In this document: piece by piece, positions 1 through 10,009 of the stretch
How the letters are laid out: every line of letters begins with the position of its first letter
Numbering within the stretch: position 1 is the first letter of the stretch
Source: Pseudomonadota bacterium
GTDB taxonomy: Bacteria; Bdellovibrionota; Bacteriovoracia; Bacteriovoracales; Bacteriovoracaceae
NCBI GenBank assembly: GCA_027488375.1
Contig: JAIYBW010000010.1
Span: 113 to 64,112 of the forward strand
DNA: 64,000 nucleotides
Direction: 5' to 3'
Made by a program: the position numbers and the translations under genes
The notes under the pieces: model-generated
Database searches by the model: none
The model's input: the letters and a program-made list of their open reading frames with translations, nothing else
Told to the model about the DNA's origin: nothing

Positions 1-475
1 ATCCACCATTCGGAATGAGGTCTTCAAATTGATCTCGTTTTTCATCAAATGCAACTGATTTTGCTGAAAGCGCATCTTTTTCTTCTTTTGATGAAACACG
101 ATCATCATTAAACATGTCATCTTCACGCCACGGCAAACAACCTTTATTTTCCGGGCAATCCGAGTGAGTTGTACAGCTTTGAATAGCATCATCAACAGGA
201 GATTTATCTTCACAGACCTTGCTTGAGGCATTGAGTTCTAAATGTTCGCAACAAGTCCAGTTTTGCTTAACTTGCCAGTTATCTTTATATTTTTCTTTCC
301 AATTCTTCCAAACCTCCGAATCAGTAACTACGCCATCTACAGTAGTCGATCGTTCTGATTGAGGTGGCGCAATTGTTTCAGTTGCCTTCATACAATTGGT
401 ATTTATAACTGCAGCATGTAATATTGTTGCCCACGAATAAATTGATAAAATGGCAATCAGCTTGGATAAATTCAT
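1..475 (-). CDS. Secreted Cys-rich hypothetical protein, 5' part only (runs off left edge)
   Basis: Not in ORF track. Read by hand from ATG at 475: MNLSKLIAILSIYSWATILHAAVINTNCMKAT... to KRDQFEDLIPNGG at base 2; signal-peptide-like N-terminus, several Cys. Confidence 0.7.
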   Translation of the reverse strand, partial: MNLSKLIAILSIYSWATILHAAVINTNCMKATETIAPPQSERSTTVDGVVTDSEVWKNWKEKYKDNWQVKQNWTCCEHLELNASSKVCEDKSPVDDAIQSCTTHSDCPENKGCLPWREDDMFNDDRVSSKEEKDALSAKSVAFDEKRDQFEDLIPNGG

Positions 476-1254
476 ATTAAAACCTCAGTTCAGTGCATTT
501 TTGATTAATTTTATCATGTTAATGAAAATTGATAAGAGGTTAAATGTGCCTAAAGGACCTAAGAGGCGAGTTTATTCAGCACCTTAGAACACTATTTTTA
601 GGCAAAAATTCAAAATTATTGTGACAAGTTTTTGTGGCAAAAATCGATGATCTAAACTTGCTTTGGAATCACAAAACAATCATTAAACTATTTTTTTCCA
701 TTATAAAAAAATGCCCCGGAATTTGTGTCGGCCCCCAGTGCCAAGGAAAAGAACTCAGATTCTGAAAATATGGAGATAAACTCGCCGTGATTAATATTCA
801 AGTGTCTATGCCATAGAACCGATATAATTGAGACTATGATGCTATATAATGCCTAAAAATATCTTTCGAGTTTTCTAATCCAGGCCGTAGTTTTCAAGCA
901 AAAGGGTGGGGCTGCAATTCTGTAAATTTCTATTAGTCATTTGAAAAAGTAATTAATAAGTTAAATTTAGTTTTCTCAAACACTGGAGATGAGGCGACCC
1001 TAGAAGAATCTAGAATTGCGTATGCAACAAATCTCTATTATAAGCAAAGACTTTAGCGCTGGGAATGTAAAATTACCAATTAACTCTACGTGAACAATTG
1101 GAAAAACAGCATTGTCAGGGGGGGCAAGTATTTTTTATCAAGTACAATAACTCTCTCTATTTGCCAATAAAATCATTGTGCGATGATGAGAAGAGCAAGA
1201 CTAAATTAAATCGTGTAATACGGTAAGATTTTCTAATATCAATGAATTTACTTT

Positions 1255-1419
1255 TTAGTTTCTAAAGTGGCATTCCTCAGTCCTAAAAGTCATAGCAAGT
1301 GAAAGGCGAGATTGGAGTTTCGCCTTGTAAGGTTATCCCTTAGCATCAAATGAGATTTTAACTTTGCCATCAAACCAATTCGAATACCCCTTGACCGTCA
1401 CTCGCCGAGAATCAGGTTT
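1255..1419 (-). pseudogene. 3' remnant of a homolog of the 3147-3527 gene
   Basis: Translates KPDSRRVTVKGYSNWFDGKVKISFDAKG*PYKAKLQSRLSLAMTFRTEECHFRN*, versus PKKSQVTAKGYSNWFDCKVKLFYNKKGQPYKAKLHSRLTMAMTFSFEEC in the intact gene; in-frame TAA at 1333-1335; no 5' half. Confidence 0.9.
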
Positions 1420-2946
1420 TTATTTGAAGTAAACTTCACATATCCTTTTTTGCGTTTCCCTAGTCTGCTTCAAGATATCAATTTGTGAGTAAAAATCATC
1501 GCTTCCTGAATCACCAAAGGTATTGACATACCTTTGATAAGATTTTTGCTCATGTGCCTGAAGAGAATCATGAAATTCATCAAATGATCCAAAATTAGGG
1601 CATGAAAGATTTCTCAACTCAGTGATATTGATTTTATATTCACTAAGATTGTGCTCCTTATCAAGCCTGTCAAAAGTTGAGTTTAAAACCTTCATCTCTT
1701 TTACTAATTCTTCATAAAGTAAAGCTTTTCCAGATTCTTCTGACAGATTTCCACTATCGATTTCTAATTGTATTTTTGCCTCTCCCTGCATTTTTATCTC
1801 TGGATGAATATTCCAAAGAAGATGTTCCATGGCCTGTTTATAGCTAGTTCCCTCTGGAAAAATATAGGATTGAATTTTTTTAAGATCAAAATACGATGAT
1901 TGAATAAGTTCATCATCAATCCCTGCTCCGGAACTAATTTTACAGGCCTCATCATATCCACTTTTTTTATCCCTAACACTAATGGACATAACTTGATTAA
2001 TTTTATAACCAGCAGAGATTTCATTGAATTTTTTGATAGTCTGAACAATCGATTTGTTCACTTCATCTTGATTGGTGCCTTCACCTATCAAAAACTCTTC
2101 ATTCCCAAACGCTTGCTTTAACTCTTCACTAAGTGCGGCGGCATAGACTCTAAAAGATCCCTCTTTATGTGAAGAGAATTTAGTATTCGTATCATCACAA
2201 AAGAGTTTTGTTCTACCAATTAAATCAGGAGCAACATTTGATACTATGTCATTAAATTTTTTAATTGCTTCTTGTCTTGCATAATCATCTCCATCAATGC
2301 CTGCAACCCAAGCTGCGGCGATTGTTACTGCAAGTGAATTTTGAGCTCCTTCAATGTAGTCTTTTAAATCACTAGAAGTAAGAGCAAGTTCTTTAATCTG
2401 TTGCAAAATTTGTTCTTTGTGAGGATGAAGTTCTTTGAAGCGTTTTTTTAAATCGCTAAGTGAGCCGATGCCTTCTTCTTGAAGTCTTGATAAGAGAACT
2501 TGGCTCTGCAGAGTGGAGTCTGAATTCATCTCTTCGACTTGAACCGAGGAAGAATCATTATCGACCTCAAGTATCATGGAGCGTTTACCAAAGATCGATT
2601 TGTCTCCACCTTCGTATTCAATCGAAATCACTTTACCCTTAATTTTCGAAGATTTTATCTCGAACGAGTAACCTTGAGACTCATCTTCAACATCAAAGGT
2701 TCCTAAGCTGACTGGAGCATTAGGATCAGTAAGGTCCATAACTTCAATGGTTCCGTCTTGAGCAACAGCATTGCTTATGAAAGCATCACTTACTGAATGA
2801 ATAACACTTGCTAAGGATCCTTGAAAGCTGATAACAGTTGAGGATGTACCTGATTTAACAATTGATGAGCTTCCTCCACCTCCATTACAAGCGTAGCAGA
2901 GCTGAAAGATGATCATGAAAGAGATGAGTTGTTTCAGATTTTGCAT
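1420..2946 (-). CDS. Hypothetical lipoprotein (508 aa)
   Basis: Long ORF; hydrophobic N-terminus ending LCYAC followed by a Gly/Ser linker (lipobox-like). No family recognised. Confidence 0.75.
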   Translation of the reverse strand: MQNLKQLISFMIIFQLCYACNGGGGSSSIVKSGTSSTVISFQGSLASVIHSVSDAFISNAVAQDGTIEVMDLTDPNAPVSLGTFDVEDESQGYSFEIKSSKIKGKVISIEYEGGDKSIFGKRSMILEVDNDSSSVQVEEMNSDSTLQSQVLLSRLQEEGIGSLSDLKKRFKELHPHKEQILQQIKELALTSSDLKDYIEGAQNSLAVTIAAAWVAGIDGDDYARQEAIKKFNDIVSNVAPDLIGRTKLFCDDTNTKFSSHKEGSFRVYAAALSEELKQAFGNEEFLIGEGTNQDEVNKSIVQTIKKFNEISAGYKINQVMSISVRDKKSGYDEACKISSGAGIDDELIQSSYFDLKKIQSYIFPEGTSYKQAMEHLLWNIHPEIKMQGEAKIQLEIDSGNLSEESGKALLYEELVKEMKVLNSTFDRLDKEHNLSEYKINITELRNLSCPNFGSFDEFHDSLQAHEQKSYQRYVNTFGDSGSDDFYSQIDILKQTRETQKRICEVYFK

Positions 2947-3146
2947 AAATCAGACCTCTAGATAAGTACCATTATAATTCACATCTACGTATAAGCAGAA
3001 GCGTATCGGTCGGGTTTTAATTTTTGATTAATAATAATGAGTTGTATGAAAAAATTCTTAATATTTTTATTTAAGACTTTTGGGGAAACAGAATTATAGC
3101 CAACTTTCTGTGGCAATGAGTGTAAGTTTTTATCACCTGATTTAGT

Positions 3147-3527
3147 TTATTGATGAGCCTCAAATAAGCACTCTTCGAAGCTAAAAGTCATGGCCATGGT
3201 CAGGCGAGAGTGGAGTTTCGCCTTGTAAGGTTGCCCTTTCTTATTATAAAAAAGCTTCACCTTGCAATCAAACCAGTTGGAGTAGCCCTTGGCCGTTACT
3301 TGGGATTTTTTTGGATCTCTTAAATCTGAAATTTCCTCTTCATCAATTTCAAAATAACAAGACTGCTTAGGAGTTTCAAAACTCATATACTTTTCATCGA
3401 GGTTCAAAACAAGCTCACACTTCTTTCCATCTTTAGTAACACCCTTAAGTTCATAGTCAGGGGTCATGCAAGCCGCTGAAGTTTTAAAAGAAAATATAAA
3501 GATGACTACAGTAAGAAATGATTTCAT
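3147..3527 (-). CDS. Small secreted hypothetical protein with 6 Cys
   Basis: ORF with signal peptide MKSFLTVVIFIFSFKTSAA; conserved against the remnant at 1255-1419. Confidence 0.8.
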   Translation of the reverse strand: MKSFLTVVIFIFSFKTSAACMTPDYELKGVTKDGKKCELVLNLDEKYMSFETPKQSCYFEIDEEEISDLRDPKKSQVTAKGYSNWFDCKVKLFYNKKGQPYKAKLHSRLTMAMTFSFEECLFEAHQ

Positions 3528-3534
3528 GAGGAGC

Positions 3535-3561
3535 TTATCGGAACGATGAGTAGAAACTTGA
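3535..3561 (-). promoter_or_regulatory. Sigma28/FliA-type promoter
   Basis: TCAAGTTT-N11-TCCGATAA on the minus strand versus consensus TAAAGTTT-N11-GCCGATAA, directly upstream of the ATG at 3527. Confidence 0.65.
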
Positions 3562-3569
3562 GTGATTAG

Positions 3570-3608
3570 CTTTAGCGGCTAGGCCAATAAGACTTAGTAC
3601 CGCTAAAG
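3570..3608 (-). terminator. Stem-loop after the 39-aa peptide gene
   Basis: CTTTAGCGG...CCGCTAAAG perfect 9-bp inverted repeat 16 nt past the stop at 3625. Confidence 0.55.
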
Positions 3609-3624
3609 TATGAGTTAAAAAATT

Positions 3625-3744
3625 TTAGCGAATGATAGTAATGCGTTTATCTTCTTTTTCTTTGTCCTTATCTTTTCCACTTCCATCGCAGGCCATTGCA
3701 TTGAGCGCAAGAAGTAGAGAAGCAGTCATTACGATTATTTTCAT
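3625..3744 (-). CDS. 39-aa secreted peptide
   Basis: MKIIVMTASLLLALNAMACDGSGKDKDKEKEDKRITIIR*; RBS AAGGGAG upstream, signal peptide, hairpin downstream; below the ORF-track cutoff. Confidence 0.65.
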   Translation of the reverse strand: MKIIVMTASLLLALNAMACDGSGKDKDKEKEDKRITIIR

Positions 3745-3960
3745 AGAAACTCCCTTGTTTGGTTCTTCAAATGCAATGATATGGCGTTATAGGATTAATC
3801 GCTAGATGGGTCTGAGCATTTGTCTAATCAGAATGGGTTGCAATTATTACGAGATAAGCCCGAGATTTGATTGAGACAGAGTGAGAAAAGGTGAAACAAC
3901 CTGAAACGCTCCTCTCCACGCCTCTTTCCAATTCATTGATATCATGAGGGAATTTTGGAG

Positions 3961-4015
3961 GTAGTCCCTGACCTCCCACTCCCAACGTTGTTTAGAGTAG
4001 GAGGTCAGTAACTAC
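3961..4015. repeat. 55-nt conserved hairpin element, copy A
   Basis: GTAGTCCCTGACCTCCCACTCCCAACGTTGTTTAGAGTAGGAGGTCAGTAACTAC; 41/55 ungapped identity to 29026-29080 with compensatory stem changes. Confidence 0.8.
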
Positions 4016-4060
4016 ATTAAAAAGTAAAACAAAATAAGAAAGTAGCGAGGCGGGGAGAGA

Positions 4061-4204
4061 GAGATTTATGCCCAAAAAATTAAAGATCAAATTCCTAGGG
4101 TGCGTTTCGGTAGATCTGAGGAAATTGCAAACGTTGTAAATTTTCTTTTGAGTGAATCTGCATTATTTGTAAATGGAACATCAATACCGGTAGATGGAGG
4201 ATGA
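4061..4204 (+). pseudogene. C-terminal remnant of a short-chain dehydrogenase/reductase (FabG-like)
   Basis: EIYAQKIKDQIPRVRFGRSEEIANVVNFLLSESALFVNGTSIPVDGG* matches the SDR C-terminal signature (GR.G.PEEIA..V.FL.S....G..I.VDGG); no N-terminal part. Confidence 0.8.
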
Positions 4205-4509
4205 ACCCCTTCTCCATGAGAAAAAAGTGACATAATTTTCCTAGTCATCACAGATTCTTCAAAGGAGTGATAAAAATTTCTCAATTGTCCTTTCAAAATT
4301 CATAGAAAATATGAAGATCAAAAGATAAAAGCCATCAGCAAATTCAATTAGTTATAGCTATTTGAGGCGCTGCGCATTATAGCGTATTTTCCTTGTAAGA
4401 CTTTTCTATTAAAAATCAGAGTTTTTCGCTCTGAAATTTCTTCTCACCGACTAAAAAACTAGGTTTAATTTAGGGGCGTTTTATGAGGCGCAGAAATGAG
4501 ATTTAACTA

Positions 4510-5340
4510 TTGAGAACTTTTGCCTTCTTTCTAATTTTTTTCTGCCAAAATTTATTGGCCCAAGTGACTTATGAAGAGTCAGTTGAGGCTGCACGCACTA
4601 TTGGAACTTGGCTTTCAAAATCAACCGGTCATTACGATTTTTTATCAGCAACACCTGTCGGTCCAAAACGGGCCGGTAAAAAATTTTTCATCCGTGGTGC
4701 TCCAGACATGCAAACAGCATCTGATTATGGTGCCTCCTATATGCAAGTTACACGCGATCAAAATGTGACTTCGGCGTATGAGACTTTAGGTTTTGATACG
4801 AGCTCAATGACTAAGACGATTGATATGAATCGTTTTCATCTGGCCATAAATTTTGCCAACAGACATGATTTAAGTTTTAGTTATCTCACATCAATTGATG
4901 GAATTAAGGGATGGGGAGTTGGTTACAAGAGAGTACTCTTTAATTGGCGCTATTTTTATATTTCTCATCGAATGCAGTATGGCCGAGCAAAGCTAGATGA
5001 TTATTTTGAAAGTATAAATATCGATAATGATCTTTCACTTTCACTATATCTACGGCTCTTTGATATTTATGCTGGAGTTAAGCACTCCTTTGGGCAGGCA
5101 CAATTCAATGCTCCTTCTTCAAACTTAGAGCTCCCGACTGTTTATTATAGCAATGCTGTGAATGAACTAGATTATTTCTATGGAGCATGGGTTGCGACGT
5201 CAACTAATTCTCGCTTTGCTTTGCAGGTTAATAAATTCGGTGAAGAGTTCACCTACACGGGTAAATTTTCACTTTGGTTTGATTCTATTTTCCCAACAGC
5301 AAATAATTGGTTTAGAGATCCGAGGTACATCAAACAATGA
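4510..5340 (+). CDS. Putative outer-membrane beta-barrel protein
   Basis: Signal peptide; alternating aromatic/hydrophobic strands; stop overlaps the start of the next gene (ATGA). Confidence 0.6.
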   Translation: MRTFAFFLIFFCQNLLAQVTYEESVEAARTIGTWLSKSTGHYDFLSATPVGPKRAGKKFFIRGAPDMQTASDYGASYMQVTRDQNVTSAYETLGFDTSSMTKTIDMNRFHLAINFANRHDLSFSYLTSIDGIKGWGVGYKRVLFNWRYFYISHRMQYGRAKLDDYFESINIDNDLSLSLYLRLFDIYAGVKHSFGQAQFNAPSSNLELPTVYYSNAVNELDYFYGAWVATSTNSRFALQVNKFGEEFTYTGKFSLWFDSIFPTANNWFRDPRYIKQ

Positions 5341-8300
5341 TGAAACTTCTTAATCTCACCCTTTTCTTAAGTATTTATTTCTTGCTAAGTTCATGCAGTA
5401 AGAATGATTCTATGTTTGATCGCCCGATTCAAAAAGATCGAGGTCATATTAAGATAATCAACTCCGATGGTTTTTTAGGGGCCGTTACCGTTGATACGAC
5501 CCTTGATGTTGAACTTACTCTCAAGGCAACCGGTGGTCTTGGTGTCACCAATATTCAAAGTTCCCTAGTTACGAGCGATCCAATTACTTTTAAAGACGGC
5601 GTTTATCCAGGTACGGGTGGAACTTGTGCCACTGAACTTTCTTCCGGGCAAACATGTACAATAATTGTGACTTATGCTCCCACAAATTTAGCAAGTCATG
5701 CTGCCAGTTTGAATTTCACTTATTCAGACATAATAGGGAATTTGAGCTATAACTTTTCCATTAGTGCTGATTCAAACCCGATACTTACTTTTGAGTATGG
5801 CTCTCAATATGATTTCGGGAACAAATTTGTTGGGTCATCAACTGACCTTCGGATTCGTATATCAAATACGGGAAAAGTTAATGCTGAAAATTTAACTCTT
5901 AATAATTTATATGCGCCATTTTCCTACAAGGGTGGAACTTACCCTGGAGTTGGTGGATCATGTAGTAATCGAATTTTGATTGGCATGAGTTGTGATATTA
6001 TTATTAACTATTCGCCAACTGCAAATGGCCAACATCTTCAAGATATTAGTTTAAATTACTTGAATGCAGCAAGACCTGAATCGAATACTTTAAATCTTCT
6101 CGCTTGGGGATTTAATGAAGCTCAATTAATTCTTACCTCGGCAAATGGTGATAATTTTGGAACAGTTCCAAATAATAATAATAATACTAAAACCTTTACC
6201 ATCACACATTCTGGTGGAGATGTTGCTGCCAACCTCATTTCTCTTTCAACTTTACCGGCCCCTTTCTCTCGTGTTGGGGGGAGTTGTGGGACTGTTTTAA
6301 CCATTGATCAAGGTAGTTGCACTATTATAATTGCACTCAATTCAGCAACCTCTGGAACTTGGAATCACACTTTTAATTTAAGTTATTTTAATGGAACTTC
6401 TACCGTCACTTTATCAAAGACCATAACTGGAATTACTCGAGAGAGACCTGTGCTGAGTTTATCTCATAGTGGTACTTTTAACTTTGCTAATACAAAAATA
6501 AATCAAACCACAAACCAAACTTTTACTTTAACCTATGTCTCAGGAGAACTTGCAGCGACCGAAATATCTTTGGCCGGTTTTAGTGCACCTTTTAGCCGAA
6601 CAGGGGGGACTTGTACAACGACTCTTTCTTCAGGTTCTTGTACAATTATTCTAGGCTTTACTCCAACAACTTATAGTTCCTGGGGCCAATCCTTTAGCGT
6701 AAATTATAATAATACTATCTCGACCACGACTGCTGTTACTTTATCGATTAATGGCAAAAGTGAAGGAAGAATTAATCCGAATACCACGACACTTTCTTAC
6801 AGCAGTGTTGTGACGAATCAGACCAGAGAGTTAACACTTAGATTGGATTTTGTGGGTGGATCACCCGTAACAAATATCTCAACCCAATCGTTTTCTGGAC
6901 CTTATCAATACAGCACTGGCTCTTTCCCAGGCTCAACCAGTAATTCATCTCGTTGCACCACGAATCTTTCCGGTGGATCTTGCTACCTCTTCATTACATT
7001 TGCTCCTGTCACAGAGGGAACATATAACGGTCATACTCTTGTCTTGAATTATAATAATGGTGTCGATACATCTACAATTACGATTAGTCTTAGTGGAATT
7101 GGTTCTCCCGCTGCCAATCTAGGTGTTCAAGACAAGAATTATCCAGACACTCCAATGAATAGTGCTGGAGTTGGACCGAGTTTAGTTCGTGTAACAAACT
7201 CAAGCACTATGACTGCTTCCTCAATGTCTGTAGTACTTCCAACAGGTTTTTCTTACAGAGGAGGTACTTATCCTGGCCTATCTGGTAATTGTTCAAGTTC
7301 ACTAGCTGGCAATGGCTTTTGTAATCTCGATATTGTATTTACTCCATTAGCTTCAATAGCTTATGCAAGTACTTTAACAGTTAATTATCATGATGGAACA
7401 GTTTCTCGAAGTGCAACGTCAACTCTAACTGGAACAGGGATTACATCCAATGAACTTTATTTGTCTTTTTATGATCAGGTTACTTATGCAAATATTTTTG
7501 TAGGAAGAACGCCCTATGAGACAAAAATCATTAGGGTGGGGCATGGAGGATCTTCTACACCGGCCACAATATCATCACTAATAACCACATCCTCTGACTT
7601 CACTATTACTAATAATTCCTGTCCATCGGTCTTGAGTGGTGGAGCAACTTGTAATGTGACCGTTGCCTTCAGTCCTCAATCAGCAGGACTTAAAACATCA
7701 GCTCTTCAATTGATCTATGATTCTTTAGGTTTATCTTCGACCAAAACGCGAACCTTAACAGGAACCGGAGTTGCTCCTGCTGTGATTACGCCTTCTTCTT
7801 CTCCTCTAGCTTTTGGTTCTCGTCCTATAAATGCTTCCTATGATCTAGATCTTACTTTGACGAAGACAGGCTATAATATTTCTTCTCCTACAGGAACGAT
7901 TACGGGATCTGGATTTACTTTTAAAGGTGGATCCTATCCAGGTACTGGAGGTACTTGCCCAACAACTGGTTCTTTCCCAGCTAGTTGTAAGGTTGTGATC
8001 ACGTTTACACCGATCGCAATTGTAAATTATAACGGCACATTCACATTGAACTATAGTAACGGTTATCAAGTAGTGCCTCTGACAGTTTCACTTACGGGAT
8101 CTGGTTTTCCAACGGCAAGGCTCCTTTTTTCATCTTCCACTTATAGCTTTGGGCAAGTGATACAAACTCAAACTTCTGAGAGAACTTTGACCGTTACAAA
8201 TAATGGTGCTGCTCAGGCTTCAGCTTTGTCCTATTCAACTATTTCTGCTCCTTTTAGATATAAAGGGGGTAGCTTTCCAGGAACAGGTGGCACATGTTCA

Positions 8301-9206
8301 AATACTCTTAATATTTCTGGAAGCTGTGTCATTGTTTTAGAATTTGCACCTACTGCTGTAGCTGTTAGTTCTCAAACTCTAACGATCAGTTACCTGGATG
8401 GATACACCACATCTCAAACTTCAGCGACTATCACGGGTGAAGGCCTTGCTCAGGCAATCCTGAGTATATCTGATGGCAGTCCATATCAGTTTGGAACAGT
8501 GAATGTTGGTGCGAGCATCGATAAAAGCTTCACCATCACAAATTCTGGAAGTGTAAGTGGTACAACTATTACGGGAAGCTTTACGTCGGCTTTTTCTTTC
8601 AAAGGTGGAACTTTCCCTGGTACAGGGGGAACTTGTACAACCTCCCTTTCTGCCGGTGCAACATGTACTATTATCCTATCGTTTACTCCAACAGCAGCAA
8701 CAAGCTATTCTGGAAATTTCACACTAAATTACAATGATGGTTTAAGGCTACAAACAGAACTTAAAGAGCTACGAGGCACTGGAAGCCCAGCATTCTTAGG
8801 GGCAGGCATGATGAAGTTTGTGTCACCTTTGGGAGCGAATCTAAGTCAATTTAATAACTTCTCCTTTGCAGATAAAATTGAAACAGTTGATTTGAATAAG
8901 AATGGGTTCGAGGACGAATTAGAAAGCTTTATCCTACGCAATGAATCTCCTCGATTAGTTCTTCGTGGTCGGGAAGGACTTACTCAGAGGACGATTTACA
9001 AATTTCTTAATCATTTTCCAAATAATTACCATCAAGGCTTTAAAATTATAAAACTACAACGTGATTATAATCATGATGGAGTTAATGATATTTTGTTAGG
9101 GATATATAAAAATATGAACGGCAAGTTGAATCTTGTAGGCTACGACATCATTTGTCAGCGAAAAGGGCAAATTATTTTTCGCTATTTAAATGAAGGAGAT
9201 TTATAG
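5337..9206 (+). CDS. Large surface lipoprotein with about 10 Ig-like (choice-of-anchor-D/ASH-like) repeats
   Basis: Lipobox LSSC; ten roughly 110-aa Thr/Ser/Gly-rich repeats, each with a Cys pair (GG(T/S)(Y/F)PGTGGTC...C.I...F.P); C-terminal DxNxxG motifs (DLNKNG, DYNHDG). Confidence 0.8.
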   Translation: MMKLLNLTLFLSIYFLLSSCSKNDSMFDRPIQKDRGHIKIINSDGFLGAVTVDTTLDVELTLKATGGLGVTNIQSSLVTSDPITFKDGVYPGTGGTCATELSSGQTCTIIVTYAPTNLASHAASLNFTYSDIIGNLSYNFSISADSNPILTFEYGSQYDFGNKFVGSSTDLRIRISNTGKVNAENLTLNNLYAPFSYKGGTYPGVGGSCSNRILIGMSCDIIINYSPTANGQHLQDISLNYLNAARPESNTLNLLAWGFNEAQLILTSANGDNFGTVPNNNNNTKTFTITHSGGDVAANLISLSTLPAPFSRVGGSCGTVLTIDQGSCTIIIALNSATSGTWNHTFNLSYFNGTSTVTLSKTITGITRERPVLSLSHSGTFNFANTKINQTTNQTFTLTYVSGELAATEISLAGFSAPFSRTGGTCTTTLSSGSCTIILGFTPTTYSSWGQSFSVNYNNTISTTTAVTLSINGKSEGRINPNTTTLSYSSVVTNQTRELTLRLDFVGGSPVTNISTQSFSGPYQYSTGSFPGSTSNSSRCTTNLSGGSCYLFITFAPVTEGTYNGHTLVLNYNNGVDTSTITISLSGIGSPAANLGVQDKNYPDTPMNSAGVGPSLVRVTNSSTMTASSMSVVLPTGFSYRGGTYPGLSGNCSSSLAGNGFCNLDIVFTPLASIAYASTLTVNYHDGTVSRSATSTLTGTGITSNELYLSFYDQVTYANIFVGRTPYETKIIRVGHGGSSTPATISSLITTSSDFTITNNSCPSVLSGGATCNVTVAFSPQSAGLKTSALQLIYDSLGLSSTKTRTLTGTGVAPAVITPSSSPLAFGSRPINASYDLDLTLTKTGYNISSPTGTITGSGFTFKGGSYPGTGGTCPTTGSFPASCKVVITFTPIAIVNYNGTFTLNYSNGYQVVPLTVSLTGSGFPTARLLFSSSTYSFGQVIQTQTSERTLTVTNNGAAQASALSYSTISAPFRYKGGSFPGTGGTCSNTLNISGSCVIVLEFAPTAVAVSSQTLTISYLDGYTTSQTSATITGEGLAQAILSISDGSPYQFGTVNVGASIDKSFTITNSGSVSGTTITGSFTSAFSFKGGTFPGTGGTCTTSLSAGATCTIILSFTPTAATSYSGNFTLNYNDGLRLQTELKELRGTGSPAFLGAGMMKFVSPLGANLSQFNNFSFADKIETVDLNKNGFEDELESFILRNESPRLVLRGREGLTQRTIYKFLNHFPNNYHQGFKIIKLQRDYNHDGVNDILLGIYKNMNGKLNLVGYDIICQRKGQIIFRYLNEGDL

Positions 9207-10007
9207 ATGAAAGCTAATATTGTGAGTGTTGAATGGTTAAAGTTTCAAAAGGATGTCATTATTTTTGATGCGAGCTTAAAGCCAAGTTCTACATTCATTC
9301 CCGGTGCTCTCATTTTTGATTTTGATAAAAAAATTTGTGATAAGAATTCGACGCTTCCTCATATGATGCCAACAGCAGAAATTTTTCAAGAAGAAGTCCA
9401 AAAACTTGGTGTTAATCAAGATAGTTTTATCGTTGTTTATGATAATGAGGGAATATTTTCATCGCCGAGAGTTTGGTGGATGTTTAGATCCATGGGGCAT
9501 GACAAGGTTGCAGTTTTAGATGGAGGATTGCCTGAATGGATAGCTGCTGGTCTTGAAACTCAAGAAGCATCAACACAACCAACCCAGCGAGGTAATTTTA
9601 AGGCGATTGATTTAAAATTATTTTCACATGCAGAAGAGGTGGCCAAAGCTCTCTTATCTGATCAAGTTCAAGTTCTTGATGCTCGCTCAAAGGGGCGATT
9701 TGCTGGAACGGAAAGTGAGCCTCGACCAGGACTTCGCTCAGGCCATATGCCTGGTTCAATAAATCTTCCTTTCAAAGAACTATTAAACGGGCATAAGTTG
9801 AAAAGTTTGGATGAAATTAAAAATATTTTCTTAGGAAAAATACCCGATCAAACTCCAATTATCTTTTCATGTGGCTCGGGTGTAACTGCCTGCATACTTT
9901 GCTTAGGAGCCGAACTAATTGGTATGAAAAACTTAAAAGTTTATGATGGTTCATGGAGTGAGTGGGGTTTACCATCTGAGAGACCGGTTGAAACAGGAGA
10001 GAAATAA
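9207..10007 (+). CDS. sseA: Two-domain rhodanese / 3-mercaptopyruvate sulfurtransferase
   Basis: RVWWMFRSMGH, LDARSKGRF, GHMPG, active-site CGSGVTAC, YDGSWSEW. Confidence 0.9.
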   Translation: MKANIVSVEWLKFQKDVIIFDASLKPSSTFIPGALIFDFDKKICDKNSTLPHMMPTAEIFQEEVQKLGVNQDSFIVVYDNEGIFSSPRVWWMFRSMGHDKVAVLDGGLPEWIAAGLETQEASTQPTQRGNFKAIDLKLFSHAEEVAKALLSDQVQVLDARSKGRFAGTESEPRPGLRSGHMPGSINLPFKELLNGHKLKSLDEIKNIFLGKIPDQTPIIFSCGSGVTACILCLGAELIGMKNLKVYDGSWSEWGLPSERPVETGEK

Positions 10008-10009
10008 AA

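Noticed and set aside
850-1083. Possible decayed ORF (ISFEFSNPGRSFQAKGWGCNSVNFY*SFEK...)
   Set aside because: Multiple stops and no recognisable family; cannot be supported without a search.
3961-4015. Hairpin element as an integron attC or a REP
   Set aside because: AAC/GTT lie in the loop rather than at the stem ends, the recombinase shows no integron-integrase-specific insertion that I can recognise, and copy B lacks the GTAG tetranucleotide.
4087-4296. 69-aa minus-strand ORF from the track
   Set aside because: It is antisense to a recognisable SDR C-terminal remnant on the plus strand.
4345-4372. Third copy of the 28-bp site (TCAATTAGTTATAGCTATTTGAGGCGCT)
   Set aside because: Only about half the positions match in AT-rich DNA, and the right arm is not conserved.
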